From positions 1-24,102 of IMG/VR virus record IMGVR_UViG_3300033489_000055: DNA of 24,102 nucleotides, one strand, 5' to 3'. The number at the start of each line of letters is the position of its first letter. Within the stretch, counting starts at the first letter, position 1. The stretch is from a virus (taxonomy: Duplodnaviria > Caudoviricetes). The notes beneath the pieces are model-generated. The model ran no database searches and was not told where the DNA came from. It worked only from the letters and a program-made list of their open reading frames with translations. Position numbers and translations under genes: made by a program. This document shows positions 23,482 through 24,102 of the stretch, piece after piece.

Positions 23482-23733
23482 ATGGATACGACGCCAACGC
23501 TCCTCGCCGGAGTGGTGTTGATCGTGATATTTGTTGTTGGCTCGCTGCTCTTCCTGGCCTGGGTAGTCTCGCCCTTCATGCTGTACGCTATCAACTCCAA
23601 ACTGACGGAAACCAACCGGCTCCTTGCCCAACTCGTCAGCCGGGGGTATAAGCCAGTTCCGCCAGCGCCACTGCCAGCTCCAACCGAGCCTGAACCAGCA
23701 GCCCAGATAATGTTCCGGACCCTGGGCCGTTGA
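23482..23733 (+). CDS. Small membrane protein (possible lysogenic conversion/exclusion)
   Basis: Long hydrophobic stretch LLAGVVLIVIFVVGSLLFLAWVVSPFMLYAI, then helix and Pro-rich tail; AAGGTGG upstream. Confidence 0.75.
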   Translation: MDTTPTLLAGVVLIVIFVVGSLLFLAWVVSPFMLYAINSKLTETNRLLAQLVSRGYKPVPPAPLPAPTEPEPAAQIMFRTLGR

Positions 23734-23776
23734 AATACCCCCCCAGCACCAACGGGGTTCAATTTCTAAAACTGTT

Positions 23777-23922
23777 TGTCGCTTGGATGTTTTTTAACTT
23801 TTCAAGCTTTGTCGCTCGGGACTCACTGATTCAACGCCACTTCCACGATAAAACGGCTTGTCGCTTGGATGTCGCTTGGATTCGCACTTTTTCGACGAAG
23901 AATCAATAACTTCCAAGCGACA
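23777..23922. repeat. 11-bp motif TGTCGCTTGGA, five copies, in the end region
   Basis: Direct copies 23777-23787, 23859-23869, 23870-23880; variant 23810-23820; inverted copy 23912-23922. Confidence 0.92.
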
Positions 23923-24009
23923 ACACCCCACTCTCTGCAAAATAATTCCTGTTTCCGCCACCGCCACGCCGGCCCGCCTCCCACCCCAGAATCTGAATCC
24001 CATCAACAC

Positions 24010-24060
24010 TTTACCCGCCCCTTACCACCCCTTGCCACTCCCCCCCGCCTTCTGCCATAC
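24010..24060. repeat. Degenerate 10-bp-periodic pyrimidine-rich array
   Basis: TTTACCCGCC CCTTACCACC CCTTGCCACT CCCCCCCGCC TTCTGCCATA. Confidence 0.6.
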
Positions 24061-24102
24061 TCCGTCTGTACGTTTACTCCCAGGGCGTGGAGGCCCAGAC
24101 GC

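Larger units (their letters stand above)
1..24082 (-). mobile_element. Mu-like transposable prophage/phage, left half; continues beyond base 1
   Basis: Gene order repressor / ner-like / DDE transposase / AAA ATPase / gam / gemA / terS / terL / portal / protease / capsid / gpG matches Mu-like phages. Right boundary is approximate (CA candidates at 23925 and 24082). Confidence 0.95.

Noticed and set aside
23730-23765. Terminator after the membrane protein gene (CCCC...GGGG)
   Set aside because: Short stem, long loop, no clear U-tract.
23777-23922. Repeats as a possible CRISPR array
   Set aside because: Only 11 bp, irregular spacing, one inverted copy, no cas genes; better explained as protein-binding sites.
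1-24102. Anti-phage defence, toxin-antitoxin, tRNA or rRNA genes; MuF C-terminal toxin domain
   Set aside because: No recognisable motifs; the MuF domain ends just after its CRC motif with no toxin extension.

Overview
The whole window is the left (early-to-head) half of a high-GC, Mu-like transposable prophage or phage, with almost all genes on the minus strand. From right to left it contains: a candidate attL end region (about 23760-24082); a plus-strand immunity operon (XRE repressor plus two small genes); a Ner/Cro-like gene; a MuA-like DDE transposase; a MuB-like AAA+ ATPase; Gam; several HTH or Zn-finger early genes; GemA; then the late operon. The late operon holds terS, terL, a portal-MuF fusion, a beta-helix protein, protease with nested scaffold, decoration protein, major capsid protein, an IPT-fused adaptor, gpG, a tail terminator and a tail tube protein cut off at the left edge. 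No sheath gene precedes the tube gene, so the tail is probably non-contractile. The host is tentatively Acidobacteriota (inference from protein and repeat types). Most unusual: (1) three fibre/virion-like late proteins carry Sec-type signal peptides, one where Mu keeps its lysis genes; (2) at least a dozen short REP-like and heptamer repeats, many inserted in frame in essential genes; (3) a tandemly duplicated tail tube domain; (4) structured late leaders sharing a stem motif; (5) a natural Walker B E-to-Q change in MuB. All family assignments come from motif reading and gene order, not database searches.
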